From positions 4,020 through 68,019 of the forward strand of contig DAOQAL010000001.1 in NCBI GenBank assembly GCA_035353995.1: a stretch of 64,000 bases of DNA. The letters are read 5' to 3'. The notes below the pieces were generated by a model. The model ran no database searches and was not told the origin of the DNA. It was given only the letters and a program-made list of their open reading frames with translations. The stretch is from Minisyncoccota bacterium (GTDB lineage: Bacteria > Patescibacteriota > Minisyncoccia > Phycocordibacterales > UBA9973). The translations under genes were made by a program, and so were the position numbers. Below, in pieces: positions 1-10,265 of this stretch; the stretch's first letter is position 1, and each line of letters begins with the position of its first letter.

Positions 1-2
1 CA

Positions 3-995
3 ATGCTTGAGGATACATTGAAAGCCATCCAAACAAAATTCGGTGAAGGTTCCATTATGAAGATGGGAGATGCTCCCAAGGTTAATATAAATGTAATTCC
101 AACTGGCTCCCTAGGCCTTGATATGGCACTTGGCGTTGGTGGTATTCCAAGAGGACGAATAATAGAAATATTTGGACCAGAATCATCAGGAAAAACTACA
201 TTGGCTTCCCATATAGTTGCCGAAGCACAGAAATTGGGAGGAGTATGTGCATATATTGATGCAGAACATGCAATGGATCCAGAATATACAAAGAGACTTG
301 GCGTAAAAATAAATGATTTGTTGATTTCTCAACCAGATACAGGAGAACAAGCTCTTGAAATAGTTGAAAGTTTAGTAAGAACAGGAAAAATTGATGTAAT
401 TGTTGTTGATTCAGTGGCTGCCCTTACACCAAAAGATGAAATTGAAGGAGATATGGGAGCTTACCATGTAGGAAAACAAGCAAGACTAATGTCTCAAGCA
501 TTAAGAAAGCTTACAGCAATAGTTGCAAAGTCAAAAACAGTTGTTATTTTCATAAATCAAATTCGTATGCAAATAGGAGTAATGTTTGGCAATCCTGAAA
601 CTACTCCAGGAGGTAAAGCTCTAAAATTCTATACTTCAATACGATTAGACATTAGAAAAATAGCTCAAATTAAAAAAGGAGAAGAATCAGTAGGATCAAG
701 AACAAGAGTTAAAGTTGTTAAAAACAAAGTTGCTGCTCCTTTCAAACAAACAGAATTTGATATTATTTTCAATGAAGGTATATCAAAAGAAGGTGAAATA
801 ATAGCATTGGGTGAAAAGTTCAATATTCTACAAAAAAGTGGAAATTCATATTCATACACTCCCGCAGGAGATGGTAAAGAGGAAATAAAGCTTGGTAGAG
901 GATATGATTCTACAAGAACATTCTTAAAAGAAAATCCTAAGATAGCAGATCAGATTTTAAAGGAAATTCGCAAAAAATTTGCAGAAGAAAATTAA
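3..995 (+). CDS. recA: Recombinase RecA (N-terminus at or just before window start)
   Basis: The translation carries the RecA Walker A ([11 protein letters not shown]) and the conserved core IDAEHA...[28 protein letters not shown]. The N-terminus begins near the FGEGSIM region, so a few residues may lie upstream of the window. Confidence 0.9.
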   Translation: MLEDTLKAIQTKFGEGSIMKMGDAPKVNINVIPTGSLGLDMALGVGGIPRGRIIEIFGPESSGKTTLASHIVAEAQKLGGVCAYIDAEHAMDPEYTKRLGVKINDLLISQPDTGEQALEIVESLVRTGKIDVIVVDSVAALTPKDEIEGDMGAYHVGKQARLMSQALRKLTAIVAKSKTVVIFINQIRMQIGVMFGNPETTPGGKALKFYTSIRLDIRKIAQIKKGEESVGSRTRVKVVKNKVAAPFKQTEFDIIFNEGISKEGEIIALGEKFNILQKSGNSYSYTPAGDGKEEIKLGRGYDSTRTFLKENPKIADQILKEIRKKFAEEN

Positions 996-1013
996 ATCTG
1001 GTAGTATTTTCTC

Positions 1014-1598
1014 ATGCTTGTATATAATGAAATTCGTGAGAAAAAAATAATTATTTATAATGATGAGCCGTGTGAAGTAGTAGAAAGTCATGTTGCAAGA
1101 ACGCAACAGAGAAAGCCTCAAAACCAAGTTAAACTAAAAAGCTTGATTTCTGGTAAAACAATAGCAGCCACTTTCCATGTTTCTGATACTGCAGATGAAG
1201 CAGACATTGAAAAAAGAGATGTCATGTTTTTGTACCAGAACAGGGGCGAATTTTGGTTCTGCGATCCAAATAATAAAGGCGACAGATTTAAAATTGATGC
1301 TTCAACTATTGATTCATCAACTGCTAAGTTTTTGAAACCAAATGAAAATGCTTCTGCTTTAGTATGGACAGATGAAGACGAAGAAGAAAAAATAATTGGA
1401 GTAAAATTGCCAATTAAAATGGAATTTAAAGTTAAAGAAGCTCCCCCAGCAGTAAGAGGAGACACATCAAAGAGTGGAAATAAAATAATTACTTTGGAAA
1501 ATGGTTCTACACTAAATGCTCCAATGTTTATAAATGAAGGAGATGTAATAAGAGTAAATACAGAAACTGGAGAATATGTAGAACGTGCAAATAAATAA
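1014..1598 (+). CDS. efp: Translation elongation factor P
   Basis: A 194-aa protein with the three-OB-fold EF-P layout: N-terminal KOW-like segment (IIYNDEPCEVVESHV...VKLKSL), ~185 aa size class, own terminator downstream. The beta3-beta4 loop (ARTQQRKPQNQ) is atypical. Confidence 0.75.
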   Translation: MLVYNEIREKKIIIYNDEPCEVVESHVARTQQRKPQNQVKLKSLISGKTIAATFHVSDTADEADIEKRDVMFLYQNRGEFWFCDPNNKGDRFKIDASTIDSSTAKFLKPNENASALVWTDEDEEEKIIGVKLPIKMEFKVKEAPPAVRGDTSKSGNKIITLENGSTLNAPMFINEGDVIRVNTETGEYVERANK

Positions 1599-1610
1599 AC
1601 ACAATAAAAA

Positions 1611-1635
1611 ATCCCCCATATGGGGGATTTTTTAT
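1611..1635. terminator. Intrinsic terminator hairpin between convergent efp and rpsR
   Basis: ATCCCCCA-TA-TGGGGGAT stem-loop flanked by A-run and T-run; usable on both strands. Confidence 0.5.
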
Positions 1636-1640
1636 TTAAA

Positions 1641-1841
1641 TTATTTTGCTACGAATGGAAGAAGTCCTAGGTATCTTGCGTGTTTTATAGCTTCTGTAAG
1701 CTTACGCTGGTTTTTGGAAGTAATACCAGTTCTCTTATGATTCATAATTTTACCGTTTGGATTTAAGAATTTCTTTAAAATAACGGTATCTTTATAATCT
1801 ATATATTTTATATTGTTTGCTGAAAAATAATCTTGTTTCAT
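1641..1841 (-). CDS. rpsR: 30S ribosomal protein S18
   Basis: A 66-aa protein with IDYKDTVILKKFLNPNGKIMNHKRTGITSKNQRKLTEAIKHARYLGLLPF, matching the S18 signature. Confidence 0.85.
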   Translation of the reverse strand: MKQDYFSANNIKYIDYKDTVILKKFLNPNGKIMNHKRTGITSKNQRKLTEAIKHARYLGLLPFVAK

Positions 1842-1865
1842 TTGCTAAATTAAATTTATTAATAA

Positions 1866-2315
1866 TTAAAATGGAATATCTTCTGGGTTAATATCTTCTT
1901 CAGGATACTCAATTGCATCAAGTTCCTCGGCCTTTCCTCCAACATTTTGAGCTTCTGAATCTTTTGGTGATGAAGGACTTCCTGAATTCTTTGGTCCAAA
2001 TTGTGTACGATCTGCAACTATTTCTGTTCTGTATTTCTTTTCTCCACTATTTTTATCATCCCAACTTCTTGTCTGCATTCTACCTTCTACTAAAATTGAA
2101 TTTCCTTTTTTCATATACTGAGCAACTGTTTCAGCCTGTCTTCCGAAAACTACAACATTGTGATAATCAGCAGATTCTTGTTTGGCACCATTTTTGTCTT
2201 TCCAAACGCGATTTGTTGCTAAAGAAAATGAACATACCTTTATTCCAGAGGGTAAAGATCGTAGTTCTGGATCGCGGGTTAGATTTCCTATTACAATTGC
2301 TTTGTTTAAATACAT
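1866..2315 (-). CDS. ssb: Single-stranded DNA-binding protein
   Basis: OB-fold N-terminus (AIVIGNLTRDPELR...YHNVVVFGRQAE), Gly/Ser-rich linker and acidic C-terminal tail ending EEDINPEDIPF. Sits between rpsF and rpsR as in the S6-SSB-S18 cluster. Confidence 0.85.
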   Translation of the reverse strand: MYLNKAIVIGNLTRDPELRSLPSGIKVCSFSLATNRVWKDKNGAKQESADYHNVVVFGRQAETVAQYMKKGNSILVEGRMQTRSWDDKNSGEKKYRTEIVADRTQFGPKNSGSPSSPKDSEAQNVGGKAEELDAIEYPEEDINPEDIPF

Positions 2316-2352
2316 AATTTTTGTCCGCTTTTGGCGGAAAATTATTTAATAA

Positions 2353-2874
2353 TTAATTTGCTATCATTGCGTCAATTTCCTTGTCGATCTCTTCTTTGTT
2401 TATAGGTGCAGTATTTTCTTTATCTTCCCCTTCTTTCTGTGTTGGTTGTATTTTTCTGCGTGAGGAATCTTTTACAAACCTCTTTGAAGCTATTGTATTT
2501 TCTTTTATTGTTTTCAATGTCAAAAATCTAATTATATTAGGATCAAGGTCTAATTTCTTTTTCAATTCTAATACTTTACTTGGATCCATAAAAAATTTCA
2601 TCCAACCAAAATAAGCTGTGTCATATTTGTGATGAATGTTCTGAATAACTTTCTGCATTTGATATGCCAAATTCATTTGTGTTGGCATTTCGTCAGAAAT
2701 AACCTTTCCACCAAAAGATGAAATAAGTTCTTTTAAATTACCATAAATAGCTGGAACCTCTTCCTCTTTTAATGTAGGAACCAAAAGATAGCCTACTTCA
2801 TAGACTCTTTCTTCTGTCTCAATAACATCACTATCTAGTGATTCATTTTTATCATTATTTTCAATTTCTTGCAT
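2353..2874 (-). CDS. rpsF: 30S ribosomal protein S6 (with N- and C-terminal extensions)
   Basis: S6 core YEVGYLLVPTLKEEEVPAIYGNLKELISSFGGKVISDEMPTQMNLAYQ. It is the first gene of the rpsF-ssb-rpsR arrangement. Confidence 0.75.
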   Translation of the reverse strand: MQEIENNDKNESLDSDVIETEERVYEVGYLLVPTLKEEEVPAIYGNLKELISSFGGKVISDEMPTQMNLAYQMQKVIQNIHHKYDTAYFGWMKFFMDPSKVLELKKKLDLDPNIIRFLTLKTIKENTIASKRFVKDSSRRKIQPTQKEGEDKENTAPINKEEIDKEIDAMIAN

Positions 2875-2966
2875 GGACTATATACTAGCAAAAAACTTTT
2901 AGAAAGTAAACCCCACCACTTTTTATACCAATATGTATTATATGTAGAAAGTTAAATATATTTACA

Positions 2967-4601
2967 TTATATTGCATCAAATTCTAAGAAGAAAGTTGAT
3001 CCTTTACCCTTGCCTTCGGACTCTACCCAAACCTTTCCATTGTGTGCTTGGACTACCAATTTTACAGAATAAAGACCATAACCGGTACTATTTACATTCA
3101 TTTTTACAGAATTTTTACCTCTACCACCTTCTGTGAACAAATTCTTTTTATCTCCAGGCACAATACCTACTCCTGTATCTTTAACAAAGAAAACTATTTT
3201 ATTTGTAGATGTAGTAATTTCTTTTTCTAAGTCAATCTTTATCTTTCCGGATGCTGTATAGTTTATTGCATTGTCTATGAGGTTTGATATTACTTCTTTC
3301 ATCCAAAAAGCGTCGCCTTTAATTAAATATTTTTCATCTTGAAAATTTGTTTCAAGCTCAAGACCTTTATTTTGTATAATATCTTTTTTTTCACTAATAA
3401 CATTTAGCGCTATATCTTTTAGATCAATCATTTTCATTTCAAATTGAACAATACCCTTTTGTAAATTTGAAGCATTTAAAATCAAATCAACTGTCCTGAT
3501 TCCAAGGTTGTCTGATTCAAGACCTTTTTCTGATATTTTTTTAAGTTCTGGAGAAATAGTGCCAAAACTTCCCTGTAATATTTCTGAGAAAATATATTTT
3601 GTATGAGTAAAAGAACCTTTTACTTTATGATTGATAAGATGCATTAAACTTTCTTTTTGTTGAATCAACTTTTCCAAATCTTTATTTAATTTTTCAATTT
3701 GTATTCTTTGATCAGACTCTTTTTTTAAGTTTTTGAATAGAAGAAATGATAAAATAACAGAAAATGATACTGTCAAAATAGTTAAAAATTGATCAGTTGG
3801 ATTTGAGACAAAAATTAATTGAATACCAGTCAAAATCAAAAGTCCAATAACAAAGAAATACGTACTAATAAGTTTTAAATTGAAAATATCCAATGTAAAA
3901 ATTGAATAAGTAGTAGCAATTAAAAATATCGGAATTATAAATAGAGCATACAAATTTGTATCATAATTACCAGAGTAAGAAGCCAAGTATTCTGTTATAC
4001 CAAAAGTTGCCAAAAACAAAAACATTGAACCGATCATAGCTATTGCTGTTTTTTTAGTATAATCTATTTTTTTCTGAATAAATGGACGAACAATATAAAG
4101 AAACATAATTGAAACAATAAAAATTTCTAAAACTAATTTATAAATATCAAGAAAATTATTGTTATAGACTTCGCATAGGGCATGATCAAAACCTAAAACT
4201 GATTTTTGCATCACCGTTATAATTAATGGTGGCAAACTGGCTGCAAAAATAGCTATTTTTTGCCAAAGAAGTAAATCCTTTTTTTTAATAAAAAGAAGAA
4301 TAAAATAAAAACCAAGCAAATAAAATAAAATCTCAAAATATACTAAAAGAGACCAAGTTGTATAAACAATAAAATAATTATTGGAAACCCAAGCAAATAA
4401 ATCACCTATTAACCAAAGCGAAAATACAATTGTAAAAGAAAAGAATGCTCCTGCCAAAGTTCTTCCTTTTGATTTTAAAAATACTAAAAGTCCCAAAAAG
4501 ATACTGAAAAATACTGGAACTAAATGAGAATAATATATTAAATTACTATTTATAAAATCAGCCTGAGATGCAAGTATACATGTGTTAAATATTGTATTCA
4601 T
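2967..4601 (-). CDS. Membrane sensor histidine kinase (orphan, no response regulator nearby)
   Basis: About 290 aa of N-terminal polytopic membrane segments, a coiled-coil/DHp region with a candidate phosphoacceptor His (LMHLINHKVKG), then an HATPase_c domain with N box NLIDNAINYT, G1 VKDTGVGI and G2 GYGLYSVK. Confidence 0.75.
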   Translation of the reverse strand: MNTIFNTCILASQADFINSNLIYYSHLVPVFFSIFLGLLVFLKSKGRTLAGAFFSFTIVFSLWLIGDLFAWVSNNYFIVYTTWSLLVYFEILFYLLGFYFILLFIKKKDLLLWQKIAIFAASLPPLIITVMQKSVLGFDHALCEVYNNNFLDIYKLVLEIFIVSIMFLYIVRPFIQKKIDYTKKTAIAMIGSMFLFLATFGITEYLASYSGNYDTNLYALFIIPIFLIATTYSIFTLDIFNLKLISTYFFVIGLLILTGIQLIFVSNPTDQFLTILTVSFSVILSFLLFKNLKKESDQRIQIEKLNKDLEKLIQQKESLMHLINHKVKGSFTHTKYIFSEILQGSFGTISPELKKISEKGLESDNLGIRTVDLILNASNLQKGIVQFEMKMIDLKDIALNVISEKKDIIQNKGLELETNFQDEKYLIKGDAFWMKEVISNLIDNAINYTASGKIKIDLEKEITTSTNKIVFFVKDTGVGIVPGDKKNLFTEGGRGKNSVKMNVNSTGYGLYSVKLVVQAHNGKVWVESEGKGKGSTFFLEFDAI

Positions 4602-5419
4602 TTTTTTAATTGATTATGGATAATTTCTTCACCAACTTTCTCATCATAAAAATTCCAAATTACTTCTTCTTCTGCATCCATAGGCGGAATAGGAACGATC
4701 AAAGGTTTTAATCCGGTAAGATTATAAACTTCTTCCAAAGAAGGTAATAATATTTCCTTAGCAAAAACTGCGTCCCTGCCAGACAGTAAAAAGTTTTCAA
4801 AAAGAATTCCGTGACAAGTATATAATAACATTTCTTTTTTATAATATTGTTTTGCTTCTCCACCATTTCTTTTTAGCCACTCTGAAGCATCATAAAAAAT
4901 CATATTAGGACTTTTACATTTAGATATATCAAATAGTCTTTTATGAAAAGATGTTAATGATTCACCCCATTTAGTTAAAACATTTTTTAAAGAGTTCCCA
5001 TCATATTTTTTGAAATCTACTACATTTATTTTGCGATACTGGCTTTCTCCATTTTTACTTATACCTTTATCTAAATGAATTACTCCAAGTGAATGCTTGA
5101 ATGAATTGTTAGAAGTAAATTTATCATCTAAGTACTCCGAAAAAATTGGAATTAAACCAAAATCTTCAGTAATTCTTAAAAACCATTTAGTATCAAAATT
5201 TGGTGTTGCAACTTGCTTAGTACTAATACCATATTTGCCAAGTTTTTTTAATGGCTCTGGAATATCTCCATTCAATAAATCTTCAATTTTTTTTACTAAT
5301 TTTTTATCTTTTTGTCTTTCTTCTAAGGTTTTTATTGCAACAGAAAGTTGAGTATATACTGTTCCGTTAAAGAGATCTCGATTGGATATTATTTTATTAT
5401 AATCCCATTTTTCTTCCAT
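4598..5419 (-). CDS. Hypothetical protein, translationally coupled (ATGA overlap) to the histidine kinase
   Basis: A 273-aa ORF that is long for this AT-rich background. Its stop overlaps the kinase start by 4 bp. No family recognised from the sequence. Confidence 0.45.
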   Translation of the reverse strand: MEEKWDYNKIISNRDLFNGTVYTQLSVAIKTLEERQKDKKLVKKIEDLLNGDIPEPLKKLGKYGISTKQVATPNFDTKWFLRITEDFGLIPIFSEYLDDKFTSNNSFKHSLGVIHLDKGISKNGESQYRKINVVDFKKYDGNSLKNVLTKWGESLTSFHKRLFDISKCKSPNMIFYDASEWLKRNGGEAKQYYKKEMLLYTCHGILFENFLLSGRDAVFAKEILLPSLEEVYNLTGLKPLIVPIPPMDAEEEVIWNFYDEKVGEEIIHNQLKK

Positions 5420-5432
5420 ATTTTATAATTTC

Positions 5433-5816
5433 TTAATCTCCAATGGGCAATGGACTAGTACAAACTTCCCCTATTTCTTGATCTGCGACACATTCAATAG
5501 GTTCACAATTTATTTGCCCAGTTTCACACACGACAGAACAGTCCCCATCAGGACATTTATTAAAATCACTTGCTCGTAAATTATATTTTTTAAAAAAAGA
5601 AAAATTATTTGGTGGACAGCTATCTGGTTCTGAGCAATCACGGAAAGAACACACTTCCTTATTTGGATCACAAGGAATTTCTATTATAAAATCGTAAGCT
5701 TTTTTATGAAAAAAGAAATAAAAAGAAACTGCAGTAGCAATTAAACAACATGATAATAAACTTAAAACTAACCAATCAATCTTCATTCGACCGTCTTCAG
5801 TTTTTGTTGTTTCCAT
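5433..5816 (-). CDS. Small membrane-anchored cysteine-rich protein
   Basis: N-terminal TM helix (WLVLSLLSCCLIATAVSFYFFF) followed by about 80 aa carrying ~14 Cys in CxxC/CP/DC spacings, so a probable extracytoplasmic disulfide-rich domain. Confidence 0.45.
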   Translation of the reverse strand: METTKTEDGRMKIDWLVLSLLSCCLIATAVSFYFFFHKKAYDFIIEIPCDPNKEVCSFRDCSEPDSCPPNNFSFFKKYNLRASDFNKCPDGDCSVVCETGQINCEPIECVADQEIGEVCTSPLPIGD

Positions 5817-5828
5817 ATTTTTATTATA

Positions 5829-6749
5829 TCACAAAAATAATATCAAACTTCCAAATATCATAATTAATATTGCTATAAGTTTTGGAATTAAAATACGTTT
5901 TGAAAGATTTTCTTTTGCTATTTTTGGTAAGAATTTAGTACAAAAAATAGTTAAACAAAGAACTATAGCTGGCTGAAAACTCTCAACTAGAAAAACCATT
6001 GTTACAGGAACAAGAAGAAGAGCAAAGTTAGCCAAAAGATTTCCTGAAACTGTAAGAATTTCGCTTCCCACATTAAGGAAAAAAATCTTTATACCACCTT
6101 TACTATTCATATGCATAAATTCTCTGCGATATTTTGGAATAAATATAAAAATAAATAAACCAGTAATACCAAGACCAAAATATTCCCAAAAAGAAGATAC
6201 CCAAAAATTACCATCTATTGTTACAAATTTAAAAATAACACCAGATATTGCTATTATAAGACAACAAAAAATCATATATAAAATGGGCTTTATTTTGACT
6301 TTTTTGCCTATGCCAGAAAAATTTATAGAAAGTATTACCAATCCAAAAATAATAATTATTGAACCCAAAATTTGATTTAATGTTAATGTTTCTCCTAGAC
6401 AAAAATATCCCAATATATAACCAAAAATAGGCACAGCTAAAAACCAAGGAACAACTGAGGATGTTTCTTCTATCTCAAGAGTAAATAAATAAAAAATAAC
6501 CCATACAATTGTCAAAATACCAGTAATAAATAATAAAATTATATCTAAAATTGGTATATCAAAAATATTATTAACAAAAATACTAATAACAGTAGCGATA
6601 AAAAGACCTATCAAACTTGAAAAAAGCACTAGACCACCAGAGCTTCGCTCTTTTTCTTTTTCTGAAAAATTAGATACTAAATAATTATCGACAATATTTA
6701 CTATGGCCCATAAAAATGTAGCAATAAAAGAAATAAGAAACCATTTCAT
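5829..6749 (-). CDS. EamA/DMT-family permease (10-TM, two EamA-like halves)
   Basis: A 306-aa polytopic membrane protein with internal duplication typical of the drug/metabolite transporter superfamily. Confidence 0.55.
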   Translation of the reverse strand: MKWFLISFIATFLWAIVNIVDNYLVSNFSEKEKERSSGGLVLFSSLIGLFIATVISIFVNNIFDIPILDIILLFITGILTIVWVIFYLFTLEIEETSSVVPWFLAVPIFGYILGYFCLGETLTLNQILGSIIIIFGLVILSINFSGIGKKVKIKPILYMIFCCLIIAISGVIFKFVTIDGNFWVSSFWEYFGLGITGLFIFIFIPKYRREFMHMNSKGGIKIFFLNVGSEILTVSGNLLANFALLLVPVTMVFLVESFQPAIVLCLTIFCTKFLPKIAKENLSKRILIPKLIAILIMIFGSLILFL

Positions 6750-6785
6750 AAAAATATTATAACTTAAATAGCATTAAATAAGAAA

Positions 6786-7628
6786 TTATATTCCAAAAAG
6801 TTTTTTTGCATTTTTAACTATGCTTTCTGCAACTTCATCTTCCGGTAAATTTTTTATTTCTGCTATTTTCTTCACAATCTCTCGCACGTAAACTGGTTCG
6901 TTTCGTTTTCCTCTGTATGGCACTGGCGCAACGTATGGAGAATCAGTATCTGTAAGAATAAATTCGAGTGGAGTTTCCCTAATTACGCTTTCATAGTCTG
7001 CAATTTTTAAATTTGGTTTATATGTAACCGGCCCTGCAAAAGATATATACACACCCATTTCTACAAATCTTTTCATATCTTCGACAGTACCTGCAAAAAA
7101 ATGAGACACAGCTCCAACCGTAGCATATTTTTTCAAAAGTTCAGCAACGTCAGCATAAGCATTCTTATCTTCTTCCCCATTTCGGATATGAAGCATAAGA
7201 GGTTTACCAACTTCGTTTGCAAGTTTAATTTGCTCAATAAAAGTTTCTTTCTGTTTTTCTAATAAATCTTTTTTAAGATGAAAATAATCCAGTCCACATT
7301 CTCCTATCGCTACAACTTTTGGATCTTTTGCCATTTCTAAATATTTTTCATAATTAAATTCTTCTTTGCGTGTCATAAAACCACCACCTTCTTCTTCGGC
7401 TTCGTCATGATAAGTTTCTTCTAGCTGAATTGGATGGAGACCTATGCAAGCGTAAACTCCTTCCGTATATTTATGCGCAATATCTATTGCCCGAAGCGAA
7501 GTGCTTTCTTGACTACCTACGTTAAAAAGCCACGTGTCAGCATCAAGTGCTCGTTTTATTACTGCGTCACTATCTTCTGCGAAGGCTTTGAAATTTATAT
7601 GGCAATGTATATCAATGTATTTTGGCAT
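6786..7628 (-). CDS. tatD: TatD-family metal-dependent hydrolase/DNase
   Basis: Carries DIHCHINF (the His pair of the TIM-barrel metal site), IGECGLDY, MLHIRN and DTDSPYVAP motifs characteristic of TatD/YcfH. Confidence 0.85.
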   Translation of the reverse strand: MPKYIDIHCHINFKAFAEDSDAVIKRALDADTWLFNVGSQESTSLRAIDIAHKYTEGVYACIGLHPIQLEETYHDEAEEEGGGFMTRKEEFNYEKYLEMAKDPKVVAIGECGLDYFHLKKDLLEKQKETFIEQIKLANEVGKPLMLHIRNGEEDKNAYADVAELLKKYATVGAVSHFFAGTVEDMKRFVEMGVYISFAGPVTYKPNLKIADYESVIRETPLEFILTDTDSPYVAPVPYRGKRNEPVYVREIVKKIAEIKNLPEDEVAESIVKNAKKLFGI

Positions 7629-7711
7629 AAAAATATAATAACATTTGTTTTGAGAAAATAAAAAAAGCCAGCCCTATATTATTTACACAGGGTAGTCCTG
7701 TGTAAATTTTA

Positions 7712-9157
7712 TTATTTTCGTAAAAATAAAGGTGCTTCGGGTTTTTTGTTTTCGCGGATTAGCTTTTGAATTTTTTGTGAAGTTTCTGGAAGCATTGGCT
7801 CTATGGCAAGAGAAGCTTTATATAAATGCAAAAGTAAATAATGAACATCTTTTTCTGCCCCTTTCTTGTCTACTTTTATTTTTTTGAATGGTTCGTTTTT
7901 TTGTATGTATTGATCAAGAGCACCAAGGCATTCCCAAATCCAATTTATGAATTTATTAATATCATACTTTTCTAAACTTTCTTTTTTTTCAGCAAAATAA
8001 TCAATTTTCATTTCTTCTTCATTTAGTTTTACGCCATAATTTACTGCCATAGTCATAATCCTACTTACTAAATTCCCCAAGCCATTAGCTAAACCTGCAT
8101 TGTAAGCATCTTTAAAACGTTCTATGGTAAATGGACTGTCTTCAAAACTAGAAACTTCCCGCAAAAGGAAATACCGAAGCGCATCCGTGCCATATTCGCT
8201 CACTATATCTCTTGGATCTACAATGTTGCCCAATGTCTTTGACATTCGCACTCCACCATCCCCTGTAATAAAGCCATTTACGATTATTTGATGCGAATTA
8301 GGTAAACCCGCAGAAAAGAGCATTACTTGCCACATAGCACCCTGAAAACGCGTATTATCCTTTCCACAGTACTGTGTAGGAGTGCCATTTTTCCAGTATT
8401 TTTCAAAATTTTCAGAATTTTTTGGCCATCCCAATGTAGAAATATAATTTACTAATGCGTCAAACCAAACATACATTACTTGTGTATCATCCCCTGGTAC
8501 AGGTATACCCCAAGGCATTTTTTCTTTTAATCTTGAAATAGAAAAATCTTGCAAACCATTTTTTACAAAATTTTTAATTTCATTAAAACGAAATTCAGGA
8601 ACAATAAAATTTGGGTTTTCCTCATAAAATTTTAAAAGTTTATCTGTAAAAGCTGAGTATTTGAAAAAATAATTCTCTTCATTTATTATTTTTAATTTCA
8701 TACCTGGATGACAAGGACATTCACCATTCACTAATTCAGAATCTGTCTTTTCACTTTCACAACCTGCACAATATTTTGCTTCATAATTTTTTTTGTAAAT
8801 AAAATTATTATCATATACTAACTTCCAAAAACTCTGTGCTGCATATTGATGATCAGCACTTGTTGTTCTTACAAAATGTATATCTTCACTTACGCCAAAT
8901 ATTTTGAGTTGTTCTTTAAAAGTTTCAAAACCTTGATCAACAAAATCTTGTACAGAAATTTTTTTCTCAGTTGCTTTTTCGTAAATTTTTATTCCATGCT
9001 CATCTGAACCAGTATTAAAATAAACATCAAAACCTTGAAGTTTTTTCAATCTTGCTATTGTGTCAGCACGCACAAATTCCAATGCATGCCCCATATGCAG
9101 AGGAGCATTTACGTAAGGAAGTGTTGTTGTAATATAAAAACTTTTTTTATTATTCAT
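7712..9157 (-). CDS. metG: Methionyl-tRNA synthetase (likely start at MNNKKSF; the ORF track extends 13 codons further)
   Basis: Class I HIGH motif (LHMGHALE), KMSKS variant (RMSKTLGN) and a Zn knuckle (CAGCESE...CPCHPG). Shaped like MetRS, with no C-terminal tRNA-binding extension. Confidence 0.85.
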   Translation of the reverse strand: MNNKKSFYITTTLPYVNAPLHMGHALEFVRADTIARLKKLQGFDVYFNTGSDEHGIKIYEKATEKKISVQDFVDQGFETFKEQLKIFGVSEDIHFVRTTSADHQYAAQSFWKLVYDNNFIYKKNYEAKYCAGCESEKTDSELVNGECPCHPGMKLKIINEENYFFKYSAFTDKLLKFYEENPNFIVPEFRFNEIKNFVKNGLQDFSISRLKEKMPWGIPVPGDDTQVMYVWFDALVNYISTLGWPKNSENFEKYWKNGTPTQYCGKDNTRFQGAMWQVMLFSAGLPNSHQIIVNGFITGDGGVRMSKTLGNIVDPRDIVSEYGTDALRYFLLREVSSFEDSPFTIERFKDAYNAGLANGLGNLVSRIMTMAVNYGVKLNEEEMKIDYFAEKKESLEKYDINKFINWIWECLGALDQYIQKNEPFKKIKVDKKGAEKDVHYLLLHLYKASLAIEPMLPETSQKIQKLIRENKKPEAPLFLRK

Positions 9158-10244
9158 TGTTACTTTTAATGGAGATTTTTTTTCTTTCAATATCATTCAT
9201 TATTTCCATAAATAATAATGCCCCTGGAATTGCTAAGATTAACCCCCAGAACCCAGCCAATTCAAGACCAATCAAAACAGCCAAAATCATTACCAAAGGA
9301 GAAAGACCTGTTACTCTTTTTATTATTAAAGGAGAGAATAGATAAACTTCAAATTGGTGAATAATTAAATATGCTCCAGCTACCATAAGTGCGCTTGAAA
9401 AACCACCTGAAAGATACGAGAATGAAACAGCTGGAATAACAGCAATTACAATTCCATAAGGAATCAATTCCATAATTCCGGCTATTATTGAAAGCATAAG
9501 AGCATACTGTATTCCCATTACTGACAAAACTAAGTAAGTCAAAATTGTTATCAAAAGTGCCAAGAGCAATTGCCCTTTAACCCATAAGCCAATTTTCTTG
9601 CTTGTTCTTTCCCATAACCCTACTATATATTCTTCATGTTTAAGTGGTAATATAACTCGTAAAAATTTTTCAATTCCTTTTTCTTGAATTGAAAGATAAA
9701 AAGAAACTATTACAATCAAAACTACGTTAAAAATACTTCCAAATGCAACAGAAAGAGTTGTAAAAAATCCATTTGATAGGTTTGTAATAAATGCTTTAGA
9801 AGTTTCCAAAAGAGTGCTTATGGATACACTATCTGATGATAAGCCAGCAACAATATCTTTTGCTCCAGAAAATGCTTCACTACTTAAATAATTTAAGAAA
9901 TCCACACCAGGAGCATATTCGGAAATAAATACAGCAAAATTATAAACTTCTGTAATTAGAAGAGGAGCAAAAATATAAAAGATACCTGCTAAAACAACCA
10001 AGGTTAGTACATAAAGAATTACTACACCCAAAACTCTACCAATTTTTATTTTTTTGAAAAAAGGAACTGCAGAATCAACAAAAGATGCTATAACAATGGA
10101 CGTTAATACGACTAAAACTAAATCTCTTAATTGCCATATTAAATAACAGCCAACCAGAATTAGAACTGCTCGGATTATTGTTCCACTAGAAATAGAAATA
10201 GACCCTGTGCCACTTTTTTCATTCATACGAGTATAATAACACAA
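9150..10244 (-). CDS. AI-2E (PerM/UPF0118) family membrane transporter
   Basis: A 364-aa protein with 7-8 TM segments. The C-terminal half shows the characteristic AI-2E pattern IAGIMELIPYGIVIAVIPAV. Confidence 0.55.
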   Translation of the reverse strand: MCYYTRMNEKSGTGSISISSGTIIRAVLILVGCYLIWQLRDLVLVVLTSIVIASFVDSAVPFFKKIKIGRVLGVVILYVLTLVVLAGIFYIFAPLLITEVYNFAVFISEYAPGVDFLNYLSSEAFSGAKDIVAGLSSDSVSISTLLETSKAFITNLSNGFFTTLSVAFGSIFNVVLIVIVSFYLSIQEKGIEKFLRVILPLKHEEYIVGLWERTSKKIGLWVKGQLLLALLITILTYLVLSVMGIQYALMLSIIAGIMELIPYGIVIAVIPAVSFSYLSGGFSSALMVAGAYLIIHQFEVYLFSPLIIKRVTGLSPLVMILAVLIGLELAGFWGLILAIPGALLFMEIMNDIERKKISIKSNNE

Positions 10245-10265
10245 AAATAGCCAACGTAGAACTAC

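Noticed and set aside
1118-1465. 115-aa minus-strand ORF antisense to efp, and similar antisense ORFs inside ileS, argS, pilB, hppA, tig, comM and pnp
   Set aside because: They are fully embedded in well-supported genes on the other strand, with low-complexity Ser/Phe/Leu-rich translations typical of antisense frames.
9150-9196. Extended N-terminus of metG overlapping the AI-2E transporter gene by 47 bp
   Set aside because: The MetRS-conserved N-terminus begins at MNNKKSFYITT. The upstream 13 codons have no counterpart in MetRS and overlap the preceding gene, so the shorter start at 9157 was preferred.
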